A DNA stretch of 17,895 nt from Candidatus Micrarchaeia archaeon (GTDB taxonomy: Archaea > Micrarchaeota > Micrarchaeia > Norongarragalinales > UBA8480): the NCBI GenBank assembly GCA_039794045.1, contig JBAMLY010000014.1, positions 2,509 through 20,403 of the forward strand, in the 5' to 3' direction. The position numbers and the translations under genes are program-made. Under the pieces are notes generated by a model, which did no database searches, was not told where the DNA came from, and was given only the letters and a program-made list of their open reading frames with translations. Positions 1 to 9,000 of the stretch are shown piece after piece; within the stretch, counting starts at the first letter, position 1, and the number at the start of each line of letters is the position of its first letter.

Positions 1-2
1 AC

Positions 3-1208
3 GGCGTCTACGACCAAAACAGTGGAAACGCAACAATAAAAGTAACAACAATAAACCCTGGCGTCCGAAATCCGAACCAGAACCGAAACGTAACTAAAGG
101 AATATGCGACGACGAATACGGCTTTAACTGCAACTCGAGCACGGTGGACTTGCCTAACGCGAGCAACTCGTTGTTCACGGGGGTTACTGGCGCCCAGCAA
201 ATGGCTTTGAACCAACCAATCCAAAAACAAATAGTGATTAACGGCTTGAATTACTCGCTCTGCATTGGCCCTGACTTGATTGCGTCGTCTTTGGGTGCGT
301 CTTTTCCGTCCAGCGGCAGGATTTACTCGGTCAACGCCAGCGCAGCCGCGGTAAGCAAGGCCATTACCGAGTTGGGACAGCCGTTAGTTGGAACTGAGAA
401 CTTTACTGTGTCGTGGCAGTTGCGAAACGTTGGCAACGTGAACACAAGCAAACCATTCAACGTGACTTTCTACAAGTCTTCAGTTGATCCAAACAACAAG
501 ATTTACGAGTTGACGGTGAACGAGAACTTGACGCCGGGACAGTACAAGAGTGGTTCTTTTTCTGCGCTGGCTTACAACACCAGGAACTATTACTTCATGG
601 TTGTTGACTCGGCTAGCGAGATAGGCGAGTGCAGTGAGTCAAACAACGGAGCTCAAACGAGTGCGGACGCTAAACTCGCCTACAGCATTTACTTTTACAA
701 CGAGAGCGGCTCGCCTATTACCTCGCTGGAGTACACGGGGCGCCCCATAAGCTTGTTGGTTTACGCTAACGACAGTTTAGGCAATCCCGTGGCAGGCAAC
801 TTGACTCGCATCGTTCAAGAAAACGGCATCGAGTTGTTCGCTCCAGTACAGCAAGGAATGCGTCCTTACGCTATAGCAGAAGTGACGACGAACGCGAGCG
901 GTTGGGCGAACATGACGCTCATTCCAACCGGCAACCAATACTACGACAAGTGGAACTTTGGTTCTTACACGAACTTGTATAACTACCTTCAAAGCAATTA
1001 CTCGTTGTACGCAGAGTTGTACGTGGATGGCGTACGAAAAGCGAGAGTCGAACTGCCTTTGACTAGCCTTACGCCGACAGACCCCACCGGCGCAAACATT
1101 CACTCACTCAACCCGCCTTTCAAGACGCTCATAGAATTCGTTTACGACGCAGCACTCGGAGTAATGAAGACGGTACGCAACTGGCTGCAAATCACTAACG
1201 TGCCTTGA
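3..1208 (+). CDS. Large surface/extracellular protein, C-terminal part (5' truncated); CARDB domain followed by an Ig-like (Big-1 type) domain
   Basis: The frame is open from base 3 (GVYDQNSGNAT...) into the listed 144..1208 ORF. CARDB-type pattern FTVSWQLRNVGN...FNVTFY...LTPGQ...VVDSASEIGECSESNN; Ig-like motif VYANDSLGNPV...TTNASGWANMTL; more than ten N-x-S/T sequons. Confidence 0.8.
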   Translation, partial: GVYDQNSGNATIKVTTINPGVRNPNQNRNVTKGICDDEYGFNCNSSTVDLPNASNSLFTGVTGAQQMALNQPIQKQIVINGLNYSLCIGPDLIASSLGASFPSSGRIYSVNASAAAVSKAITELGQPLVGTENFTVSWQLRNVGNVNTSKPFNVTFYKSSVDPNNKIYELTVNENLTPGQYKSGSFSALAYNTRNYYFMVVDSASEIGECSESNNGAQTSADAKLAYSIYFYNESGSPITSLEYTGRPISLLVYANDSLGNPVAGNLTRIVQENGIELFAPVQQGMRPYAIAEVTTNASGWANMTLIPTGNQYYDKWNFGSYTNLYNYLQSNYSLYAELYVDGVRKARVELPLTSLTPTDPTGANIHSLNPPFKTLIEFVYDAALGVMKTVRNWLQITNVP

Positions 1209-1216
1209 GAGAATGA

Positions 1217-2500
1217 ATGGCCATGAAAAAGTTTTTCGCTGCATTGCCTGTTCTTCTAGCATTGGCGGCAGCGACAGCAAACGCGTTGACAGCCGAAATA
1301 ACTGACTCGAGTGGAGCGCCGCTTAACTTGACGCTCGACATTGACGCTTCTCAAGGGAGTTCGTTTCAAGGAACGCTCTTCCAGTACTGCAACTCGTCGA
1401 GTTACAGTGACTTGGCTTACTGCAACCAAAACGCGTTCGTCAAAATATGCGATGCCCAAAACTTGACTGGCAACTATACTGGAATCGCTTACAAGGTGGG
1501 AACCAATCCAGCGAAAATGAGGTGGATACTAGTAAGCAGTTACGGGGGGCAGTCAATGGGAAGCCTCTTCCCAATAACTAATTGGAGTGACTCCACCCAC
1601 TGCGCGCTAGTAGACGTCGACTTGTCTTTCTTTCGGGCAGTCTATCCCGCAATTCCGGAAGTCGTATTCTCCTCCGACGCCTTTGCCGACGACGGCGACA
1701 CCTTCATTCCCCTCACGACAGCCACGATGTTGAAGGGAACATATGTTTTCACTAACCAATCGCTTCCAGGAGACATACTTTCAATAAATGTTGCCGGCGC
1801 TTACGCGGAAAACACGCAAGCAGAGTACTCTGCGCCGTTGCTGGTAGTGGGCACTGAAAACGCGGCTCAACAAGTCTGCGACGTCAACATTACTTCGCCA
1901 AACCAGCCAATCAACTTGTCATTGTTCAGCGGCGGAATAGATTGCAGGGAAAGCACTGTAGTAAACATTAACGGCATTCGCACGCCAGTTAACTTGATGT
2001 ACTGCAACGACGGCGTGCAAGACTACGGAGAAACTGGCGTTGACTGCGGCGGTCCCTGCCCGCCTTGTCCAGTAAACGTCACGACTTACTTGGCATTCAT
2101 AAAGCCGGACGGAACGGCGGGCTGCCTGGAAATGACTACGCAGCCATTCAACGTCACCGTGCGCTTGGTGGTCGCCGGACAGCGGTTGTGCGACGAAAAC
2201 CACACTTTTCTCAGCATGCTCGCGCCCAGCGGGAAAACAGCTACTTACAACGCGTCTTCGTGCGCTAACGGCGACCACTTGTTCGCAGTAGAACTAGAAG
2301 GTGCTGGAACCTATCACTTCGTCGCGTTCTCTAACGCCACGGATTACTCGCCGAAAAGCATTCACTGTGACGTGACATTTAACCCCACTGAATTTATTGC
2401 TCGCTTGCCTGACGCGCACCCACTCGCCGCAGTCGCGGCAGGGCTTCTAGCGTTCTTGTTGTTCTTCAAGCTCGGCAAGCAAAACAAGAAGAGAAAGTAA
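1217..2500 (+). CDS. Secreted, C-terminally anchored surface glycoprotein with a Cys-rich repeat and a candidate archaeosortase signal
   Basis: Signal peptide MKKFFAALPVLLALAAATANA; motif CNDGVQDYGETGVDCGGPCPPC; many sequons; C-terminus LPDAHP + hydrophobic helix + KLGKQNKKRK. Starts 8 nt after the upstream stop, so probably co-transcribed. Confidence 0.8.
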   Translation: MAMKKFFAALPVLLALAAATANALTAEITDSSGAPLNLTLDIDASQGSSFQGTLFQYCNSSSYSDLAYCNQNAFVKICDAQNLTGNYTGIAYKVGTNPAKMRWILVSSYGGQSMGSLFPITNWSDSTHCALVDVDLSFFRAVYPAIPEVVFSSDAFADDGDTFIPLTTATMLKGTYVFTNQSLPGDILSINVAGAYAENTQAEYSAPLLVVGTENAAQQVCDVNITSPNQPINLSLFSGGIDCRESTVVNINGIRTPVNLMYCNDGVQDYGETGVDCGGPCPPCPVNVTTYLAFIKPDGTAGCLEMTTQPFNVTVRLVVAGQRLCDENHTFLSMLAPSGKTATYNASSCANGDHLFAVELEGAGTYHFVAFSNATDYSPKSIHCDVTFNPTEFIARLPDAHPLAAVAAGLLAFLLFFKLGKQNKKRK

Positions 2501-2513
2501 AAGGAGAGCTTTC

Positions 2514-2969
2514 TTGCAAATAAACGCCCGCAGCGTAAAAATTGCTCGCGCGACTTCAAAACAGCTTTACGCGATAACGGTTCTCACGCGCAAGTACTTT
2601 CCTTACACTAATTTCACGATGCAAGCAATTAGGGACAGAATGAAAAAAAGGCAAGTGAAATATTATGCTGCCTCGTACGCGGGGCACACCGTCGGCTTCG
2701 TTGACTTTCAATTCGTTGGAAGAAAAGCCAAGATTCTCGGGCTCGCCGTTCTACCAGAGTTTCGCGGCAACGGAATAGGAAAAAAGCTGTTGAAGAAAGC
2801 GCTAGAAGAAGCAAGAAAAGCCGGCAAAAGCGAGGCCTTCCTTTGGACGTCGCGCAAAATGTATCCCGACGCACAAGCGTTATACGAAAAATTCGGGTTC
2901 CAGTTCAAGGAAGCAATCCCGCAAAAAATTTTTGGGGAAGAAATAATTGTTTTAAGCAAGAAGCTCTAA
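2514..2969 (+). CDS. GNAT (RimI-like) N-acetyltransferase
   Basis: Acetyl-CoA binding motif A LAVLPEFRGNGIGKKLL and motif B AQALYEKFGF; AGGAG SD at about 2502-2506 before the TTG start. Confidence 0.9.
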   Translation: MQINARSVKIARATSKQLYAITVLTRKYFPYTNFTMQAIRDRMKKRQVKYYAASYAGHTVGFVDFQFVGRKAKILGLAVLPEFRGNGIGKKLLKKALEEARKAGKSEAFLWTSRKMYPDAQALYEKFGFQFKEAIPQKIFGEEIIVLSKKL

Positions 2970-2994
2970 AAGGAAGAGAGGAATGCGCGGCAGT

Positions 2995-3363
2995 CTAGGG
3001 CGCAAAAGAGTCAATAAATTCCTGTATTTTCTGGCGGTTTGCCGCGTAAGTCTTAACAATGAAGTGCTCTTCACCCAAAGACTTCCTGGCAGCCGAAAGC
3101 GCTTCGTCGAACTTGAAGACGTTGTGCTTGAACAAAGAACCCAGCGTGCGCCCGCCCCCGCCCCGCAAGGAAATCGACTTGACTTCAACAACTTTAACAG
3201 GACGAGACTTCAACAAACCAAAAAAGCCTGGCTTGACTTCGTGTTCCACTTCATTTTTTTCAATTTCAATCAAGCCAGCCAGCGGCTCGTAGCGTGGAAT
3301 GACTTTGTATAACGCCTTCTCTAAAGCGCGCGCGTGAACGGCTTCCCCGTGAGACAACGCCAC
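2995..3363 (-). CDS. Hypothetical protein (122 aa, soluble)
   Basis: GTG start preceded by AGGAGA; TATA-like AATTTTAAG upstream near 3401-3409; fills the gap between two real genes; no family recognised. Confidence 0.7.
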   Translation of the reverse strand: MALSHGEAVHARALEKALYKVIPRYEPLAGLIEIEKNEVEHEVKPGFFGLLKSRPVKVVEVKSISLRGGGGRTLGSLFKHNVFKFDEALSAARKSLGEEHFIVKTYAANRQKIQEFIDSFAP

Positions 3364-3420
3364 TGCAATCTCCTTTCTTACACTTTTTGGGACTCGCGCG
3401 CTTAAAATTATTGCGTTAAC

Positions 3421-4932
3421 TCAAACGCGTAGCGTGGGATCGCCGTACAAAATGAATTCAAGGGCAGTCAACTCGTCCACCTCGCGAGTTCCAAGCTTTT
3501 TCTTGGCGGCAACAAACGCATCGCCAATGCGCTCGCCTGACGCTAGTCCCTTCAAAGTAAAGTAAGTTAAAGCGTTAGCAACTCCTGCTCTCTCCACCGC
3601 CGCTTCGTCCACTGCGGCAGAGCTTGAGAGCTTGTTGTCCGACAACGCGCTCATCGTGCTTCCCACGAAAGCCTTCGCGCCTCCACGCAAAAACTTTATC
3701 GCGAGGCTCTCGTTAACAGTTCGCTGGGGGTTAGCACCATAACAAGAATCAGCCACCAAAATTTTTCCAGCAAAATCAATTTCCCGCGCTATCGAGGGAT
3801 TCAAGACCAAGTAGTCACTTGAATCGCTTCTCGCCCGCCCAATGAAAGCCTGCTCTTGCAGGGGCTCGTTGCCGTGCAATGCCACGAAGACGACGTTGCT
3901 TGAAAGCCCTTCGCGCAAGGAGTCAAGAGCAGGCGGAACATAAGCAAAGTCAAGCAAGCGAATCACGGAAAAAGGCGGAGCCACCAACGCCGCCTCGCCA
4001 GCCTTCTCGAAAGAAAAGCGGTTCAAGAAATCAAAGAAAACATCTTGCGAAACGACTTTAGAGACGCCTTCAAACGAAGCGCGCTTGGAGTGCGCTTGAA
4101 TCGCTTCCTCCAACAAGTCAACAAGCACTGAATCACGCGATTCTTCCTCGAAGCCGTCAGGCAAGCGACCCACTACCGCGCCGCCAGCCGAGTAAGGCAA
4201 GTCAGTCCAAACCATTGAATCGCTTTCAAGCAAGAACTCGAACACCGGACTGTAAGACGCGGAAGACAACGGGTTAGGCGCGCGAGGCATGGAAACAATT
4301 TTTGGTCCACCAACCAACAACAAGTAGCGAGCGCCGCTCTCGTTCAAAACAGTTAGCGCGGCGGCAACATCGCCCTCTGCAGTGAATGGCGCGCCTTCCT
4401 CGTCAAAAAAAACAGTTTCAGCGTTCACTCCGTCAGTTGAAGCGGCTTTCGCGAGGCGGTTCATCGCGTCCTCAACTTGCAACGCGATTTCTCGACCGTA
4501 CTTGGCGTTAAGGCGGTCGCGCCTGCTCGCAATAACCAGTTCAACTCTCTTTTCCTCCTGCAAGGGAAGCGTGGCTTGCGGGGATTCAGTGAGTTCAACG
4601 CTTGCCTTGGCATCGCCGGAAAGCGTGATCCGCAAAGAAGCGCCTTCAAAACCTTCTTTTTCCACTCTCACTGTAACGCGCTTGCTTGCAGGCAAGCCAT
4701 CAAAAACCGTGGTGCCATTGCCCAACGTAACCGAGGAAGCAAGCACCTTCCCACCAAAAACTATTTTCACTAGCGCGCCCTCTATTGGAGCGCCGGATAC
4801 AGTGGAAACGCTGACGCTCAACCGCGCCGCCTGCTGCTGCCCAAAAAAAGAAAGAGCAACGAACGCGAGCAACGCAGCTAAAACAATCAAGGCCACGAAA
4901 ACTGTTTTCCTTGAATTGAATTGAAAGTTCAA
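3421..4932 (-). CDS. Membrane-anchored peptidase C25 (gingipain-like, clan CD) with an N-terminal carboxypeptidase-regulatory-like beta-sandwich
   Basis: N-terminal TM helix; beta-sandwich motif GAPIEGALV...VEKEGF; C25 motifs YLLLVGG, D.PY...VVGRLP, LHGN (His at 3874-3876), DSCYG (Cys at 3742-3744), GAKAFVGST, IGDAF, LYGDP. Confidence 0.85.
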   Translation of the reverse strand: MNFQFNSRKTVFVALIVLAALLAFVALSFFGQQQAARLSVSVSTVSGAPIEGALVKIVFGGKVLASSVTLGNGTTVFDGLPASKRVTVRVEKEGFEGASLRITLSGDAKASVELTESPQATLPLQEEKRVELVIASRRDRLNAKYGREIALQVEDAMNRLAKAASTDGVNAETVFFDEEGAPFTAEGDVAAALTVLNESGARYLLLVGGPKIVSMPRAPNPLSSASYSPVFEFLLESDSMVWTDLPYSAGGAVVGRLPDGFEEESRDSVLVDLLEEAIQAHSKRASFEGVSKVVSQDVFFDFLNRFSFEKAGEAALVAPPFSVIRLLDFAYVPPALDSLREGLSSNVVFVALHGNEPLQEQAFIGRARSDSSDYLVLNPSIAREIDFAGKILVADSCYGANPQRTVNESLAIKFLRGGAKAFVGSTMSALSDNKLSSSAAVDEAAVERAGVANALTYFTLKGLASGERIGDAFVAAKKKLGTREVDELTALEFILYGDPTLRV

Positions 4933-4942
4933 GCCGACTCAC

Positions 4943-5560
4943 TTAATTCGTCTTCCAAGCCCGCGCTACAGCGCCAGTCTTCTTGTCCACTAAAACCACT
5001 GCGCCGTCCAAGAAAGAATAAGAAGGAACAGAAAAATTTTTTCCTTCCACTGAAGCCGTGCCTGCAGGAGTAGAATAACGCTTGAAGCCGGAAACCGCCC
5101 AGTAAGCCCCCGCGTCCACTACCTTCAAAGAAGCAGCAGGGTAACCAGCAAACAAATTCGCGAAAGCAGCGCGCGCTTCACTCGCGGAAACCCCTGCAGC
5201 CGAGGAAGGAAAAGCTTGAGCGGAAGGAAAAGAAAAATAAACGCTTGCAAAAAGAGTTCCTTTCTCTTCGCGGCCGGAAACGAATAAAACAGTCACTCCA
5301 AACAAGTTGGAAGCCACTCCCTTCTCCACGACAGAAAAACCACTTAATTGCTCTGAGCCATTATAAACCTTTAAAGCAATCCTTGAAAAGTCAGCTGAAA
5401 CGTCGGCGAGAAAGAAAACGAGTCCTCCCACTTCAACCGACTCGCCGCGAGCCAACTCCAACCTCTTTTCCTGCGATGAAGCCGAGCGCGCGAAAACCGA
5501 GAACAAAAGCACTACAACAAAACAAATAGCGGCGAACGCAACAAAGTTCTTGAAGGCCAT
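4943..5560 (-). CDS. Exported protein with an S-layer-like beta domain and a C-terminal PepSY-like domain
   Basis: Signal/TM segment; LELARGESVEVGGLVFFLADVS resembles archaeal S-layer-associated beta domains; VSASEARAAF...YWAVS...VLVDKKTGAV resembles PepSY. Domain calls were made by eye. Confidence 0.6.
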   Translation of the reverse strand: MAFKNFVAFAAICFVVVLLFSVFARSASSQEKRLELARGESVEVGGLVFFLADVSADFSRIALKVYNGSEQLSGFSVVEKGVASNLFGVTVLFVSGREEKGTLFASVYFSFPSAQAFPSSAAGVSASEARAAFANLFAGYPAASLKVVDAGAYWAVSGFKRYSTPAGTASVEGKNFSVPSYSFLDGAVVLVDKKTGAVARAWKTN

Positions 5561-5585
5561 GAAAACTTTTTGGCTTCACTGCTTA

Positions 5586-5921
5586 TTATGTTTTTTCAAC
5601 GCTGCTGGCTTGAATGAAAACAGGGCCGCCAACGACTCCCAAGAGTTTTTGAACCGTTCCCCGCACGACCACCGGCGTTCCTTCAGCGTAAAGAGTTCCC
5701 TTCCAAGCCACTGGAATAGAGTCGTTGGCTTCATCCCGCAAAGAAAACCCACTCAAGTCGCCCACGCGCAATACTCTTTCAACAGAGCCGCGCAATACAA
5801 CTTCCTTGCCAGCGAAAGCGTCAGGGTTTTGCTTCAACTCACTAACCGACTTAGAACCCTCCAAGCAACCAAACAAAAACAATGAAAAAACAATTAACAA
5901 CGCAAAAAGAAAACCCTTCAA
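5586..5921 (-). CDS. Lipoprotein with an extracytoplasmic OB-fold
   Basis: Probable TTG start at 5921 after GAGGAGGT (the listed ORF extends to 5963); lipobox LFLFGC; OB-like pattern NPDAFAGKEVVLRGSV...FSLRD...EGTPVVVRGTV. Confidence 0.75.
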   Translation of the reverse strand: MKGFLFALLIVFSLFLFGCLEGSKSVSELKQNPDAFAGKEVVLRGSVERVLRVGDLSGFSLRDEANDSIPVAWKGTLYAEGTPVVVRGTVQKLLGVVGGPVFIQASSVEKT

Positions 5922-5963
5922 AGCCAAACCTCCTCGCCCCCCAAAAAACAAGAAGGCATTCAT

Positions 5964-5980
5964 TATTTAAAAACTTTAAA
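5964..5980 (-). promoter_or_regulatory. Putative archaeal TATA box for the lipoprotein/PepSY-like/C25 cluster
   Basis: Minus strand reads TTTAAAGTTTTTAAATA about 45-60 nt upstream of the proposed start. Confidence 0.5.
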
Positions 5981-6061
5981 GTAGCGCCCAAAAACTGCGG
6001 CAACGCAAACAGCCTGCACTGTATTCTCCCATTCACAGAATAAGAAAAGCAGCGTAAGCGG

Positions 6062-9000
6062 TTACTCTATCTCCATTTCCAATTCTACTTGGCCAGTGCC
6101 GCACGGAATGGTTTGACCGATTATAATGTTTTCTGCGACGCCCTTCAAGGGGTCTTCCTCGCCTTTCACGCAAGCATTTATCAAGTGCTTCGCGGTTTCC
6201 TCAAAAGCAGCACGCGCGAGTACTGAAGCTTTCTCGCCAGCCAACCCATGGCGCCCCATGCTCTTGAGCGAGCCCTTGAAAGTCATGGCGTCAGCAATGA
6301 GCATCACGTGGCGCACGTCCACGTCAATGTCTTGCGCTTCAAGAACTTTCACTATCTCGGATATTATTGCGTTGCGCGCCGCCTCTATTCCCAGCACCTT
6401 GTTTATCTCGGCTATGTCGTTAGTAGTAGTACGGTAAGGCTCTACTTCAGGAACCTTAAACACTTCCTCCAAGTTAGAGCCCTCGGTCGCGATCACGTAC
6501 TCGCCATCGCGCTCGATGATGATGGCGCGCGAAATGCCTTTGATTCCGCGCAAGCTCAATTCTTTGAGCTTGTTTGTTATCTTGCGAATGTTTTTGAGCG
6601 TGTCCACTTGCGGCTTTATTGCCACGCCACGCGCTGTCTTCTCGCAGGAAGCAACGCCCTTTATTTTCTTGAGGATTTCGTCGGCAGACAACCCGTACTC
6701 CTTAAGCGCTTCCTCGTCGAAGTCAATGCGTATCACGCGCTTGTCGAAGTCTTCCTTTACTTCCGCGACTTTCTCCAAGCGAACTTCCTCGATAGAAGCC
6801 GCTATCCTGCGGACTTTCGCGTAGTCCTTTGCATACTCTTTCTTTAAGTAAACTTCCATGACTGGATTCTTTGGAGTCTTGCGCGCGTCAACTATTTCCA
6901 CGAGGCGAGTGAAGCCAAGCTGCGCAAGCGAAAGCACGCCCGCGTAGTGGAAAGTCCTCAAAGTCATTTGCGTGCCTGGCTCTCCAATGCTTTGCGCGGC
7001 AACCACTCCCACTGGCTCGCCGTAAGCTATTGACTTGTTGTTAGAGGGGTCAACGCCGTCGTCGCCGTACTTGAATTGAATAACATTTCCCTCGGCGTCG
7101 CGCACGCTCAAGTCTTCTGCCACGGTAACGTCTTGCAAGGCGTTGATCAAGCGGCGCTGCATGTAGCCAGTCTTGGCTGGGTTGACGCCCTTGTCTACTA
7201 CTGCATCGCGCCCGCCTGCCGCGTGAAAGAAGTACTCGAAAGGCGAAAGCCCGTGAGTAAAAGCAGAGGAAACGAAGCCGCGCGCGCTGTCACTCAAGTC
7301 GCCCTTTTTTTGGTGGGGCAGAATGCGGCGCTCGTAACCCGCCCTCATCCTGCGACCGCGAATTGCCTGTTGTCCCACCAAGCCACACATTTGCACTATG
7401 TTTATGAGCGAGCCACGCGCCTTAGAGCGAGCCATTACTACTGCAGGGTTCAAGTGACGCGTTTTCCCGTTGAAGTCAATGACGGTTTTCCTCACGTGCT
7501 TCAAAACCACTTCGTTGCAGTCGTTGCGCACGCCTTCCACTACATTCATAACCAGTTCTTCAAGCGTTTCGCGCAAGCTCTTGCCAGGCTTGCGTTCTAG
7601 CTTGCCGTTCCTGAATTTTTCAACGAGCTCGCGCACCTTATTTCTGCCGTGGCGGTAAAGCTCACGGATCTGGCTGCGTCCTTCTTCGCTCAACTCGTAG
7701 TCTGCGAGGGAAAGAGACAGGCCAGCGAGAGTCACGAAGCGCGAAGAAAGACGAGTTGCTGCATCAATGAATTTCCTGGCTTCCGCGGCGCCTAACTCAG
7801 CGAATATCTCACGAGCTATCTTGTCTATCACTCTGTCGTCAACGTAGCCTTCTTTGAGGACGCCATTCACTATCTTTACTTGGTGTCCTCCCCTGTTTTT
7901 CGCTTCCATCGAAAAATCTTTAGGGAGAATGGCGCTGAAGACTTCCCTGCCGTCAACTACTTCGTCTTTGAAGTCCGCAGTGACTCCAGCGTGGTAAAGC
8001 ACGTCGCACGCTTCCACGCGCGAGAGAAACACGTCGTCAGTCAAAAGGTAGATGCCGCTCAAGTGGTCCAGCGTCGGCACGACTAACGGCTCGCCGTTCC
8101 TCGGCGACAAAATGTTTTGCTCTACCTTCATTAAAAGCTCGGCTTCAGCGCGGGCTTCCTCGTTTTGAGGAACGTGAATATTCATTTCGTCTCCGTCAAA
8201 GTCCGCGTTGTATGGCTTGCACGCAGCAACGTTCAACCTGAAAGTCTTGCCCGGCATTATCTTAGCCGAGTGCGCCATCATGCTGACGCGGTGAAGCGAG
8301 GGCTGGCGGTTGAATATCACTGTGTCCCCATCCATCAACTGCCGCTCGACCACAAAGCCTGGCGCGAGCTCGGAAAGAACTTCTTCCACATTAGCTGGAG
8401 TAATCTTCTTGCGTCTCCCGTCAGGCCGCACAATGTAATTTATTTTTTGGGGGTTCTCGCGAATCACTTGCTTCAAGGATTCAATGTTCCACGAAGTAAC
8501 TCCTTCCGGAATCGTGAGCTCGGAAGCAATAGCTTCAGGAATTCCTATCTCGTTTATGCCTATCACGGCATCAGGAGAAACCACGGTGCGCGCACTGAAG
8601 TTAACGCGCTTGCCACTCAAATTGTACCTGAAGCGCCCCTCTTTTCCTTTCAAGCGCTGAAACAACGTCTTCAACTGCCTACCAGAACGGTGGCGGGCCG
8701 GCGGAATTCCAGCCGTCTCATTGTCAAAATAAGTTATCACGTGGTACTGCAAAAGCTCCCACAAGTCCTCTATGATGAGTTGTGGAGCGCCAGCGTCAAT
8801 GTTTTCCCCCAAACGCTGGTTTATGCGCAGAATGTCTACCAGCTTGTGTGTCAAATCGTCTTCGCTGCGCTCGCCTGTTTCCAGCGTAATCGAGGGACGC
8901 ACGGTAACCGGCGGAACTAAAAGCACCGTCAAAACCATGTTTTCTGGGCGCACGCTCACGCCAAGCTTCTTCAAGTCATCGTCTGGAATGCGTTCCAGCC

